A DNA stretch of 32,000 bases, from NCBI RefSeq assembly GCF_000299365.1, contig NC_018655.1, positions 330,001-362,000 of the forward strand. Direction: 5' to 3'. Below, piece by piece: positions 24,095-32,000 of the stretch. The position numbers were made by a program, and so were the translations under genes. The notes below the pieces were generated by a model. The model was not told where the DNA came from and searched no databases. It saw only the letters and a program-made list of their open reading frames with translations. This stretch comes from Candidatus Nitrosopumilus koreensis AR1 (GTDB taxonomy: Archaea > Thermoproteota > Nitrososphaeria > Nitrososphaerales > Nitrosopumilaceae). The stretch's first letter is position 1. Each line of letters begins with the position of its first letter.

Positions 24095-25408
24095 TTATTT
24101 TTTCTCTAATTTTTCAATTATGTCTAAAAATTTCCATGGACCACATTGCCCATCTGTAGATTCGCTTGAAAATAGTCCTGATTGGTGCAGGTGATTCACA
24201 ATATGTGCTGCAAATGGTAATGCCCCAGTTGCTCCTGGAGAATTATAGTTTAGGATGTGAAATGATGATTCCTCGTCAAGTAAAATTACATCTGATTCAA
24301 ATTTCCCTTTTTCATTAATTATCGATGAACGAATACCTGCGGTTCCCTTTTCTGTAATTTTATCTGCATTGATTTTTGGCAAGAATCTTCTTACTCTCTC
24401 AACCATTGCTGATTTTGACATTGATGATTGTATTTCATTCATTGCAAGCTCCTGAAATTGTTTGTCAAAGATTGCCTTTCTTGCACCTGAACCCAACATC
24501 TCTAACATTTTTGGAACAAACTCTTTGATGTTTTCAGTTTTGTTGTATCCATATGGGCTAAAGACAGGAACTGCGTTGGGACCTATTTCACAACTTCCGT
24601 CGACTCTAATTATCCAGTGTGGATCCAAAAACGGATACTCTGGAAATTCTGGCACTGAATAGATGCTGGTTTTAGTCAAGTTGTTGTATTCCCTTGGTGC
24701 TTTCCAATACTCTCCTCTAAAATGAACATCTGTGAAACATGTTGCAACTCCAACATTATGTGCAATATCAATTGCTTCTCCTCCTGCAGCATTGATTAAA
24801 AATTCTGTGAAAATTTTATGTTCTCCATTTAATGTAATTTTCCATTTTCCATTTTCTTTTTCTATCTTTGTTACCTTGCTGTCTAAAAGAAATGTGGTTC
24901 CATTCTCTTTACTGTCTTTCATTAATGCTTTAGTGTATTTTGCATAGTCTGCAGAACCATCTTTGTAAACATAAAGTGCTGCTTCACATTTTATCTCAGG
25001 TTCTATTTTCTTTATCTCTGATTTTTCCATTAATTCAATATCGTTTTCTTTCAATCCGTTTTGCTTTCCCCATTTGAGATATTTTTCTAGAACCTTGATT
25101 CCTTTTTTGTCTAAGGCAACTTCGATTACTCCGTCTTTTTTGAATGGCAAATCATGTATCTTGGAATATTCCTTCCACATGTCAAATCCGTGAAATGCAG
25201 CATTTGCAAACATCTTTTTCTTTTCAGGATTGTATAGATACGGAGCATGTATCTTTCCTGTGTTTCTACCACTGGTGTGAAAAGCAACATTTTGAGCTTG
25301 CTCTATTACTGCTATGTTTTTTGACTTGTTGAGAAATGATAGAAAATATGATATGGATGTTCCAAGAATACCTCCTCCAATAATTACCACATCAAAAGTA
25401 TGCACCAA
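24095..25408 (-). CDS. FAD-dependent oxidoreductase, L-2-hydroxyglutarate oxidase/dehydrogenase (LhgO)-like
   Basis: The N-terminal dinucleotide fold is FDVVIIGGGILGTSISYFL. HTSGRNTGKIHAPYLYNP resembles the LhgO-family HQTGHNSGVIHAGIYY segment as I recall it. Product is 437 aa. Confidence 0.6.
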   Translation of the reverse strand: MVHTFDVVIIGGGILGTSISYFLSFLNKSKNIAVIEQAQNVAFHTSGRNTGKIHAPYLYNPEKKKMFANAAFHGFDMWKEYSKIHDLPFKKDGVIEVALDKKGIKVLEKYLKWGKQNGLKENDIELMEKSEIKKIEPEIKCEAALYVYKDGSADYAKYTKALMKDSKENGTTFLLDSKVTKIEKENGKWKITLNGEHKIFTEFLINAAGGEAIDIAHNVGVATCFTDVHFRGEYWKAPREYNNLTKTSIYSVPEFPEYPFLDPHWIIRVDGSCEIGPNAVPVFSPYGYNKTENIKEFVPKMLEMLGSGARKAIFDKQFQELAMNEIQSSMSKSAMVERVRRFLPKINADKITEKGTAGIRSSIINEKGKFESDVILLDEESSFHILNYNSPGATGALPFAAHIVNHLHQSGLFSSESTDGQCGPWKFLDIIEKLEKK

Positions 25409-25496
25409 CAGATTTCACTTTAATTTCACTTTAGTGGATAATAAATGGAATCAATAACAATCAAGGTTAATATCTAATAAAATTTCAAATTAAGTT

Positions 25497-25778
25497 GTGT
25501 TACCTGACAAGTGTTCTGTAAGTAAAGAAGGAAAGCAATGTCCAAGTCCGCCTGAATTTATTGTATCTATAATTGATGGAAAAGATGAGTATATGGTTGG
25601 AGTTACATGTGGAAGACACAAGCAGATTGTTTCGGGGAAGATTGGATTTTTACAAAAAGAAGGTAAAATTCATGAAGGAAAGGTTACTTTTTCAGAGGTA
25701 AAAGCAGTAGGCACTGATTGTATTCATGGTGATGAGGATGATTTTGTCCAAATTGATATGAATCGAAGTAAAAATTGA
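25497..25778 (+). CDS. Hypothetical small protein (93 aa, 4 Cys)
   Basis: GTG-start ORF with coding-like composition. I recognise no family. Confidence 0.4.
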   Translation: MLPDKCSVSKEGKQCPSPPEFIVSIIDGKDEYMVGVTCGRHKQIVSGKIGFLQKEGKIHEGKVTFSEVKAVGTDCIHGDEDDFVQIDMNRSKN

Positions 25779-25795
25779 AATAATTTCTAATCTTA

Positions 25796-26176
25796 TTGAA
25801 AATATTGCTTTTTGAATTGTTATCTGATATTGTAAAAATTAAAGACATTTTGTTTGTTGTCAAAAGCCAAGGTGTTACTAGTGAAATTAGGAGTCCTCTC
25901 AGTATTAGACAAAAAGAAAAATGGATTACAATGGGGGAAAATGATGGACCTGCACATATGCATGTTGATTCAGAATTGATCAATTCTGCAGAATTCGTAC
26001 AAGAAGAAAAACCTGAACGCACAAGTTTTAGTGTAAGATTTTACGATAAAGATGGACAAAGAGTTTTGGCGGCATATTTTACAAAAATGTATGATGATTC
26101 TAAAACGTTAATTCCTGAAAGAAAAAAAGTGTATGAACAATTAAATCAAAAATTTTCTTCTAAAATTAATTTTTAA
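25796..26176 (+). CDS. Hypothetical protein; weak resemblance to ChuX/HutX (HemS-domain) heme-utilisation proteins
   Basis: 126 aa. The segment SFSVRFYDKDGQRVLAAYFTKMYDD resembles the S-x-x-F-F-D-x-x-G-x-x-x-x-K-V/I-F motif of HemS/ChuX domains as I recall it. Unverified. Confidence 0.4.
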   Translation: MKILLFELLSDIVKIKDILFVVKSQGVTSEIRSPLSIRQKEKWITMGENDGPAHMHVDSELINSAEFVQEEKPERTSFSVRFYDKDGQRVLAAYFTKMYDDSKTLIPERKKVYEQLNQKFSSKINF

Positions 26177-26182
26177 AAAAAA

Positions 26183-26203
26183 CCTTGTCTGAAAAAGACA
26201 AGG
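26183..26203. terminator. Hairpin between convergent genes (CCTTGTC-7 nt-GACAAGG)
   Basis: Perfect 7-bp inverted repeat (26183-26189 and 26197-26203) with a 7-nt loop. It begins 7 nt after the stop at 26176, is preceded by A8, and is followed by T-rich sequence. Confidence 0.35.
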
Positions 26204-26369
26204 AGAAAAAATATTATTCTTGTAATTTCTTCTTCTTTTCTTTTTCAGATTGTAGTTTAGCTAATTCTAATTCTTCGTTTGTATGTTTGAATTTTTTCAA
26301 TCTATCCAATATCCAGAGTTTAGATATAAAAACTCGTCATTATTTTTGGCCATGTTTTGGGCGTGAACT

Positions 26370-27352
26370 TCAGTATCCTACTGAGTAGATCGGCTTTTTA
26401 CCATTTATCCCTAAATTGAGATTTTTAACAGTAATTTCTGCCATTTTGGCTCTGGTCTCTTTGGTTGAACTTCCTATGTGTGGTGTCAAGACTGCGTTTT
26501 GTAGCTTAGCAAGTGGATTATTCTTGTCAATTGGTTCTTGTTCAAAGACATCTAGTCCTGCACCTGCAATGATCTTTTTCTTTAATGCTATTACAAGATC
26601 TTTTTCGTTTACAACTTTGCCTCTTGACGTGTTAATCAAAAATGCTGTTTTTTTCATTTTTCTAAAAATTTTCATGTTAAACATCCTGTCTGTCTCTTTT
26701 GTATGTGGAACATGAATTGAAATTATATCACTTTCAGATACTAGCCTTTCAAATGAGGCGTGTTTTACTCCAAGTGATTTTTCTTTAGACTTTGATAAAC
26801 GATTTCTGTTGTGGTATATTATATTCATGTCAAATGCTTTTGCTCTTTTAGCAAGCGTTTTTCCAATTCTTCCCAAACCCAAAATTCCTAATGTCTTTCC
26901 TTGCAGATCAAATCCTACATAGTCATATGCGCCATAGATTACTTTCCATTTTTTATCTCGAATGATTCTGTCTCCTTCTGATGTTCTTCTTAATACGTCA
27001 ATTAATAATGAAAAAGATAAATCTGCTGTTGCATCCGTTAAAACCTCTGGTGTGTATCCTACTCTGATCTTTTTTCTTTTGCATATTTTGTATCAATATG
27101 ATCAAAACCTACACTGTATGTGCTAATGACCTTAAGATTATTTGCCAAATCAATTACATCTTTGTTTATTTTATCATATGGAAAACAGATTAACCCCTCA
27201 ACATCTTTAATTTTTGATCGTAACTTTGTCTGTGGGATGGGAATTTTTCCTTTGTGAACTTCAATTTGATATTTCTTTTTTAACTCCTTTAAAGCAAAGT
27301 CATGAAGTGTTCTTGTTAGAAAGACTTTCTTTTTCATAAACATGAGATTCAT
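26370..27352 (-). CDS. D-isomer-specific 2-hydroxyacid dehydrogenase (glyoxylate/hydroxypyruvate reductase-like); frame interrupted as sequenced
   Basis: The N-terminal part (27059-27352) reads MKKKVFLTRTL...GFDHIDTKYAKEK. The remainder is in the -1 frame: IRVGYTPEVLTDATADL...GKTLGILGLGRIGKTLAKRA (NAD fold)...INTSRGKVV...DVFEQEP...LTPHIGSST. The break is at the T6 run 27070-27075 (A6 on the coding strand). One extra A gives a continuous ~327-aa protein. The likely start is ATG 27337. Confidence 0.8.
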
Positions 27353-27361
27353 CTCAAACCA

Positions 27362-27368
27362 TTTATAC
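27362..27368 (+). promoter_or_regulatory. Candidate TATA box (TTTATAC) for the Cys-rich miniprotein / OFOR operon
   Basis: Centred about 26 nt upstream of the ATG at 27389, giving leaderless geometry. Confidence 0.4.
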
Positions 27369-27388
27369 GATTTCCTTCTAAATTCTTC

Positions 27389-27535
27389 ATGTCTTCTGAA
27401 ACAAAAGAAGAAGAGGAATTTGCAATTTGTGTAGAATGTGGTAATTCTATTGAAAAATGTGTTTGTGTTTGTCCCTATTGTGGTGAGCGAGATAAGTGCA
27501 AATGTGCATTGTTTGATGCAGCAACCGGAGGATAA
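27389..27535 (+). CDS. Cys-rich miniprotein (48 aa, 8 Cys), hypothetical metal-binding
   Basis: Hand-translated and below the track cutoff: MSSETKEEEEFAICVECGNSIEKCVCVCPYCGERDKCKCALFDAATGG. A TATA box sits at leaderless distance upstream. The downstream OFOR gene has an internal-gene-style SD (AGGTGA at 27572-27577). Confidence 0.5.
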   Translation: MSSETKEEEEFAICVECGNSIEKCVCVCPYCGERDKCKCALFDAATGG

Positions 27536-27583
27536 GAATTTGGTAAAATTGCTTATTGTTATGCATTTTGTAGGTGAACAACT

Positions 27584-29494
27584 ATGAGTTCTGTTGATTT
27601 TACATGGTTAATTGGAGGTCCTCAGGGTAGCGGGGTTGAATCTGGCGCAAATATCTTCTCTAGGGTTTGTGCTGAAATGGGTTATCAAGTATTTGGAAAA
27701 AGAGAATTTTATTCAAACATCAAGGGGGAGCATAGTTATTTTGCTGTAAGAATATCTGATCAAAAAATTCATTCAAATGTAAATGATGTAACATTAATGG
27801 CATCTTTTGATGCTGAAACAATCTTCCGTCATTATGATGAAGTTATTTCAGGTGGTGGAATAATTTATGATACGGATCTTGAAGATATAACTACTGATAA
27901 GGTCCATACACTTGATGATCCCTTCAAACAAAGACTACACAAAGAACTAGAATCCCATAACAAACCATTTTCAGTTGCTGGTGTTTTAGAAATTGCAAAA
28001 GAAAAAGGTGTTTTATTGTATCCTGTATCCTTCAAGTCTATTCTTGAAACACTAGCTGAAGAGACTGAAAATCCACGTCTAAAGGGATTGATTAGGATGT
28101 TCAATGTTATCGGTGTCTCTCTATCATTGGGATTAGTCAAAATGCCTACTGGCTCGTTACAAAAAACAATCGGAACGATTTTTTCAAATAAGCAAGAGAT
28201 TGCAAAAATTAATCAACAAGCTGCAAACTATTCTTATAATTATGCAACTGCAAAATTTGAAAATTTTAATCATACCTTAACTGGAATTCAAAAAGAACCT
28301 GAAACACTTTTGGTTCAAGGATTTCAAGGAACAGCGTTGGGAAAAATGGCATGTGGTTGTAGAATGCAATCATACTATCCTATAACTCCAGCTTCAGATG
28401 AATCTGTATTTTTAGAATCAAATGAAATTTTGGAGATAATAGATGACCGTCCTGGTTCTACTGCAGTTATTCAAACTGAAGATGAGATTTGTGCTATAGG
28501 TATGGCCATTGGTAGCGCTTTGACTGGAACGCGTTCAGCAACCTGTACTTCTGGTCCGGGGTTTTCTTTGATGGCTGAGATGCTAGGTTGGGCAGGAATA
28601 AATGAGGTGCCCATAGTGATTACCAATTATCAAAGAAGTGGACCTTCAACTGGATTGCCAACACGACACGGACAAGATGATTTACTTTTCTCAGTTTATG
28701 CTGGTCATGGTGATTTTCCAAAAATTGTTTATGCTTCAGGTGACGTTGAAGAGAGTTTCTATGATACTGGAAACGTTTTCAATTATGCTGATGTTTTTCA
28801 GGTTCCAGTCATTCATCTGATGGATAAATTCATTGCAAGTTCTGTTGTAACTTGCAAAAGATTTGACACCTCTAAAATCTCAATTAACCGAGGAAAACTC
28901 TTAGAAAAAGTAGAAGATGGGTATCAGCGATTTGCATTTACTGATGATGGTGTGTCTCCCCGCTCAAGATTGGGAATTGACAATGGAATTTTCTGGAATA
29001 CTGGAGATGAATCCGATGAGGCTGGCCATATTTCGGAAGATCCTATACTGCGTGCAAAGATGATGGATAAGAGAATGTCTCGCCTTGACTTGATTCTCAA
29101 AGAGATTCCAGATGTAGAAAAGGCTGTTTCTTTTGGTGTTGAGGACTATACTATAATTTCATGGGGTTCTGCAAAGGGACCAATAATTGATGCAATTGAA
29201 ATGCTCAAAAAAGAAGGAATTTCTATTGGGTTTGTACAACTCAAACTTTTACACCCATTTCCTGGTGATTACATTTCATCTTTACTAAAAGACGCAAAGA
29301 CAATCATTGATGTTGAAGCAAATTATTCTGCACAACTAGGGAAATTATTCAAACAAAATGTAAAAAGAGACATCGATTATTCTATATTAAAATACACTGG
29401 CAGAGCAATGACTAGTACTGAAGTTTATGATTCACTTAAGAAAATTGTTGAAAACAAGGCAGATTCTAGGGAGGTTTTAATGCATGGCGCTTAA
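27584..29494 (+). CDS. 2-oxoacid:ferredoxin oxidoreductase, fused alpha/gamma subunit (two-subunit type)
   Basis: 636 aa. The N-terminal gamma-like domain reads [16 protein letters not shown]. The alpha domain reads YYPITPASD...[27 protein letters not shown]...[16 protein letters not shown]. Confidence 0.88.
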   Translation: MSSVDFTWLIGGPQGSGVESGANIFSRVCAEMGYQVFGKREFYSNIKGEHSYFAVRISDQKIHSNVNDVTLMASFDAETIFRHYDEVISGGGIIYDTDLEDITTDKVHTLDDPFKQRLHKELESHNKPFSVAGVLEIAKEKGVLLYPVSFKSILETLAEETENPRLKGLIRMFNVIGVSLSLGLVKMPTGSLQKTIGTIFSNKQEIAKINQQAANYSYNYATAKFENFNHTLTGIQKEPETLLVQGFQGTALGKMACGCRMQSYYPITPASDESVFLESNEILEIIDDRPGSTAVIQTEDEICAIGMAIGSALTGTRSATCTSGPGFSLMAEMLGWAGINEVPIVITNYQRSGPSTGLPTRHGQDDLLFSVYAGHGDFPKIVYASGDVEESFYDTGNVFNYADVFQVPVIHLMDKFIASSVVTCKRFDTSKISINRGKLLEKVEDGYQRFAFTDDGVSPRSRLGIDNGIFWNTGDESDEAGHISEDPILRAKMMDKRMSRLDLILKEIPDVEKAVSFGVEDYTIISWGSAKGPIIDAIEMLKKEGISIGFVQLKLLHPFPGDYISSLLKDAKTIIDVEANYSAQLGKLFKQNVKRDIDYSILKYTGRAMTSTEVYDSLKKIVENKADSREVLMHGA

Positions 29495-30446
29495 GATGGC
29501 AGACTTCAAAACTGATGTCCATAATGATTGGTGTCCTGGATGTGGTGATTTTGGAATTGTAAATGCTATTCAGATGGCCCTAGCTGAAATGGGGGTTCAA
29601 AGAGATAAAACTACAATATTTTCTGGAGTTGGGTGCTCTGGTAAGACATCTCACTTCATCAATACATATGGTGTACATACTTTACATGGTAGAGTCTTAA
29701 CGTTTGCACAAGGAGCCAAAATTGCAAATCCAGAAATGACTGTTGTTGCAGTTGGTGGTGATGGTGATGGTTTGGGAATAGGTGCGGGACATTTTGTTGC
29801 AGCAGGCAGACGTAATGTAAACATGACCTACATAATATTTGATAATGGTGTTTATGGATTGACAAAGGGACAAGCGTCTCCCACATTAAAGCTTGGAGAG
29901 AAGACAAAATCACTTCCTTCTCCAAACACAAATTATAATGTTAATCCCATTGGATTGGCAGTTGCAAGTGGTTTTACATTTGTTGCACGTGGTTATTCTT
30001 ATGATGTGCGACACCTCAAAGATCTAATTATTCAGGCAGTAAAACATAATGGCCTTTCATTCTTAGATGTACTGCAACCATGTCCAACTTACAATGATCT
30101 TAATACCAGAGATTGGTATGCTGGAACTGATTTAGTAGATGAAGCACAAAAAAGACATTCAAGAATTTACAAACTAGAAGAGCATGGATATGATCCTGCA
30201 GTTCATTTTAATGAAGAGGCAGAAGTAAATGAAAAACTTTCGCAGTCTCTGATTAAATCACTTGAATGGGGAAACAAGATTCCAATTGGTGTATTTTACA
30301 AAAATGAAATCATCACTCCTTATACTGTTAGATTAAGAGATAAAATTCCAAATTATTTGGAAAATCCTCCTGCAAAACAAAACATTGCTAAAAATGGATT
30401 CTCTAATGCTGATATCTCTCAAATTCTAGATTCACTTGAAGTATAA
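29484..30446 (+). CDS. 2-oxoacid:ferredoxin oxidoreductase, beta (TPP-binding) subunit
   Basis: [11 protein letters not shown] (cluster ligands), GVGCSG and [14 protein letters not shown]...[18 protein letters not shown] (TPP motif) are present. It overlaps the alpha subunit gene by 11 nt. Confidence 0.9.
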   Translation: MALKMADFKTDVHNDWCPGCGDFGIVNAIQMALAEMGVQRDKTTIFSGVGCSGKTSHFINTYGVHTLHGRVLTFAQGAKIANPEMTVVAVGGDGDGLGIGAGHFVAAGRRNVNMTYIIFDNGVYGLTKGQASPTLKLGEKTKSLPSPNTNYNVNPIGLAVASGFTFVARGYSYDVRHLKDLIIQAVKHNGLSFLDVLQPCPTYNDLNTRDWYAGTDLVDEAQKRHSRIYKLEEHGYDPAVHFNEEAEVNEKLSQSLIKSLEWGNKIPIGVFYKNEIITPYTVRLRDKIPNYLENPPAKQNIAKNGFSNADISQILDSLEV

Positions 30447-30497
30447 TTTGTTATCCCAAACCAAACAGGTTATAGGCAAGTTTTGTAGAAGTGTATT

Positions 30498-30938
30498 TTG
30501 CATTTGAATATCAACGAGGCAAATACAATCTTCCGAAAATCTATAATCAAGGGTTTTTTTGAACCCCAACTGGTTAACCTAGATTTTAAAAAATCATCTG
30601 TAAAACACCCGGTCATAAATGATGATGGTCTTATGCAATCTGATTTGCTTCACATATTTTTTGATGTAGATACCGGTTCTGATTATCCTGATGGTGATGA
30701 ATGGTTTATTGTAGATATGTTGTTTCCGCATGACGTAAAATTGCCTGATAACCTCAAAGGAACTGATTACTTTACAACCCTTTCAGTAGATGATGGAAAA
30801 ACATACTGGCACCATCGTGAATTAATTCGCTACAAATATGGGAAATCAAAAAAACTCGATCATGCCTTGGAATTTTTAGAATCAAAATACAAGGAACTTC
30901 ATGAATTACTGGAACCACTGCAAAAAGATCTTACTTGA
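30498..30938 (+). CDS. Hypothetical protein (146 aa)
   Basis: TTG-start ORF with coding-like composition. I recognise no motif. Confidence 0.45.
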   Translation: MHLNINEANTIFRKSIIKGFFEPQLVNLDFKKSSVKHPVINDDGLMQSDLLHIFFDVDTGSDYPDGDEWFIVDMLFPHDVKLPDNLKGTDYFTTLSVDDGKTYWHHRELIRYKYGKSKKLDHALEFLESKYKELHELLEPLQKDLT

Positions 30939-31464
30939 TTTCTTTCCAAGAATCGCCTTTAAACATAAATTGTTTTTCTGCAGAGGACGCTGTGTTTAAT
31001 CTCCATCTAATTGATTTTGAATCAAACTTGTAACTTACTTCTGTAACATCTGATGGAATTTTTTGAGGATCAAGGTGATAAGGTAATAATTCTAAAACAG
31101 AATCAATTTTCTCTATTGCATTGTCAAACCACTGTTTGTCTTCTGTGTCAATTGTAAAGCCTATTTTTGGATTGCCAGAAAAATTAATGACAATTTTTAA
31201 TGCATTTCCGCTACCTCTTCTCCTCTTCATCTCTTTGAATACCGCCTTTACTTTTTCCCAGCGCTTAAAATCAAACCATTGAAAAAATGCATCATTAAAT
31301 GTAAGTGGTATATCTACATCTAAGAAACTTACAAAATCATCATCATTTGCTTCTATTTCATCTTGAATTATAGTGAAATGAGAATTTAGAAATCCATACA
31401 ACACTTCAATTTCCCATGGTGAAATGCCATAGTAACACAATGTTACATTTAGATTTTCAGACAA
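30931..31464 (-). CDS. Hypothetical protein (177 aa)
   Basis: TTG-start ORF. It is convergent with the 30498 gene and overlaps it by 8 nt. It is acidic and Trp/Phe-rich. I recognise no motif. Confidence 0.45.
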   Translation of the reverse strand: MSENLNVTLCYYGISPWEIEVLYGFLNSHFTIIQDEIEANDDDFVSFLDVDIPLTFNDAFFQWFDFKRWEKVKAVFKEMKRRRGSGNALKIVINFSGNPKIGFTIDTEDKQWFDNAIEKIDSVLELLPYHLDPQKIPSDVTEVSYKFDSKSIRWRLNTASSAEKQFMFKGDSWKEIK

Positions 31465-31562
31465 TGATCTCTAGTCTTAAAAATTGTAATTAAAGCTTCA
31501 ATATGCTAAAATTCGAATAAATTGACCTTAAAATTAAAATTAGATGGAAAGACAGCCTCTTT

Positions 31563-31889
31563 ATGAAAAAAGAGTATGTAGTAAGAAGTATTGATGCTGC
31601 CCCTGATGGCGCACCATATGTGATTGTATCGTTATCTTCTGTAAAAGATCTAAAAGAAGGAACTCAGAACCCTCAAAACCCTTTTGGCAGTCCTAAAGTC
31701 ATGGGATTTTCAAACATGAATGATATGATGAAGGATCTTAACAAAATGTTGTCAGGAATGGGTGGTATGGGAATGCAAAGTGGAGTTACTCAATTAAAAC
31801 TAGAAATGCATGAATACAAAGAGATGGGTCTTTCAGTTGGAGACAAAGTCTTTCTAGAATTAAGTAAAGCAGAATCTCTTGGTGTATGA
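31563..31889 (+). CDS. Hypothetical small protein with Met/Gly-rich central segment (108 aa)
   Basis: ATG ORF. The central low-complexity segment is MNDMMKDLNKMLSGMGGMGMQSG, flanked by beta-like ends. Confidence 0.5.
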   Translation: MKKEYVVRSIDAAPDGAPYVIVSLSSVKDLKEGTQNPQNPFGSPKVMGFSNMNDMMKDLNKMLSGMGGMGMQSGVTQLKLEMHEYKEMGLSVGDKVFLELSKAESLGV

Positions 31890-31890
31890 C

Positions 31891-31998
31891 CTAGAGTATA
31901 GTGTTGAAATATTTCCAAGCATAAAATGCAGCTACAGTTCCAATAACAAAGAGCATTGGTTTCCATGCAAATACTGGAAGGCTAGGCGTTGAAAGTTT
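31891..31998 (-). CDS. 3' end of a membrane-protein gene entering from downstream (partial)
   Basis: The minus-strand frame is open from the window edge to a TAG (complement of 31891-31893): ...KLSTPSLPVFAWKPMLFVIGTVAAFYAWKYFNTIL, which includes a TM-like helix. Confidence 0.3.
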   Translation of the reverse strand, partial: KLSTPSLPVFAWKPMLFVIGTVAAFYAWKYFNTIL

Positions 31999-32000
31999 TA

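Noticed and set aside
26185-26388. Track ORF 26185..26388(+)
   Set aside because: It begins inside the hairpin/terminator region, is low-complexity (FFFFSFS...), has a TTG start and runs into the 3' end of the convergent dehydrogenase gene.
1-32000. CRISPR arrays, transposases/IS elements, integrases, prophage or defence-system genes
   Set aside because: I saw no regularly spaced direct repeats and no terminal inverted repeats. No ORF shows transposase, integrase, nuclease, helicase or ATPase defence-type motifs. Nearly all the DNA is accounted for by housekeeping or secreted-protein genes.

Overview
AT-rich archaeal chromosomal segment. The archaeal assignment rests on archaea-specific proteins (eL19, eL32, Spt5, SecE/Sec61-gamma, Cbf5, AdkA-type adenylate kinase, DtdA, prefoldin alpha) and an intron-containing tRNA. 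The overall flavour suggests a Nitrosopumilus-like thaumarchaeon, which is inference only. Most of the window is dense housekeeping. It holds secE-spt5-rpl11 on the minus strand and rpl32e-rpl19e on the minus strand. A roughly 6.8 kb plus-strand run of tightly coupled genes covers rpl18-rps5-rpl30-rpl15-secY-adk-DUF106(YidC-like)-cmk-cbf5. Other genes are pckA, a membrane-anchored subtilisin, Fe/Mn SOD, pfdA-ftsY, argF-like transcarbamylase, tRNA-Ser(GGA), a matrixin-type metalloprotease, an LhgO-like flavoenzyme, a 2-hydroxyacid dehydrogenase and a two-subunit 2-oxoacid:ferredoxin oxidoreductase. I found no CRISPR array, transposase, integrase or recognisable defence genes. Four things deserve a second look. 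(1) The first 4.6 kb is a run of five signal-peptide proteins, three of which share a previously unnamed (to my knowledge) Cys-pair beta-domain plus coiled-coil module present in four copies. (2) Four reading-frame breaks (ftsY twice, adk, 2-hydroxyacid dehydrogenase) all sit at A5-A6 runs on the coding strand and are all repaired by adding one A. Homopolymer under-calling is the most likely cause; programmed slippage is a less likely alternative. (3) An acidic tail ending in [12 protein letters not shown] follows ftsY and resembles the bacterial FtsY A-domain and membrane-targeting motif, but at the C-terminus. (4) Smaller oddities: pckA homology extending upstream of any canonical start codon, an argF with a non-canonical SMG loop, and an 8-Cys miniprotein leading the OFOR operon. 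All calls come from reading the sequence and the ORF translations; no database search was run.
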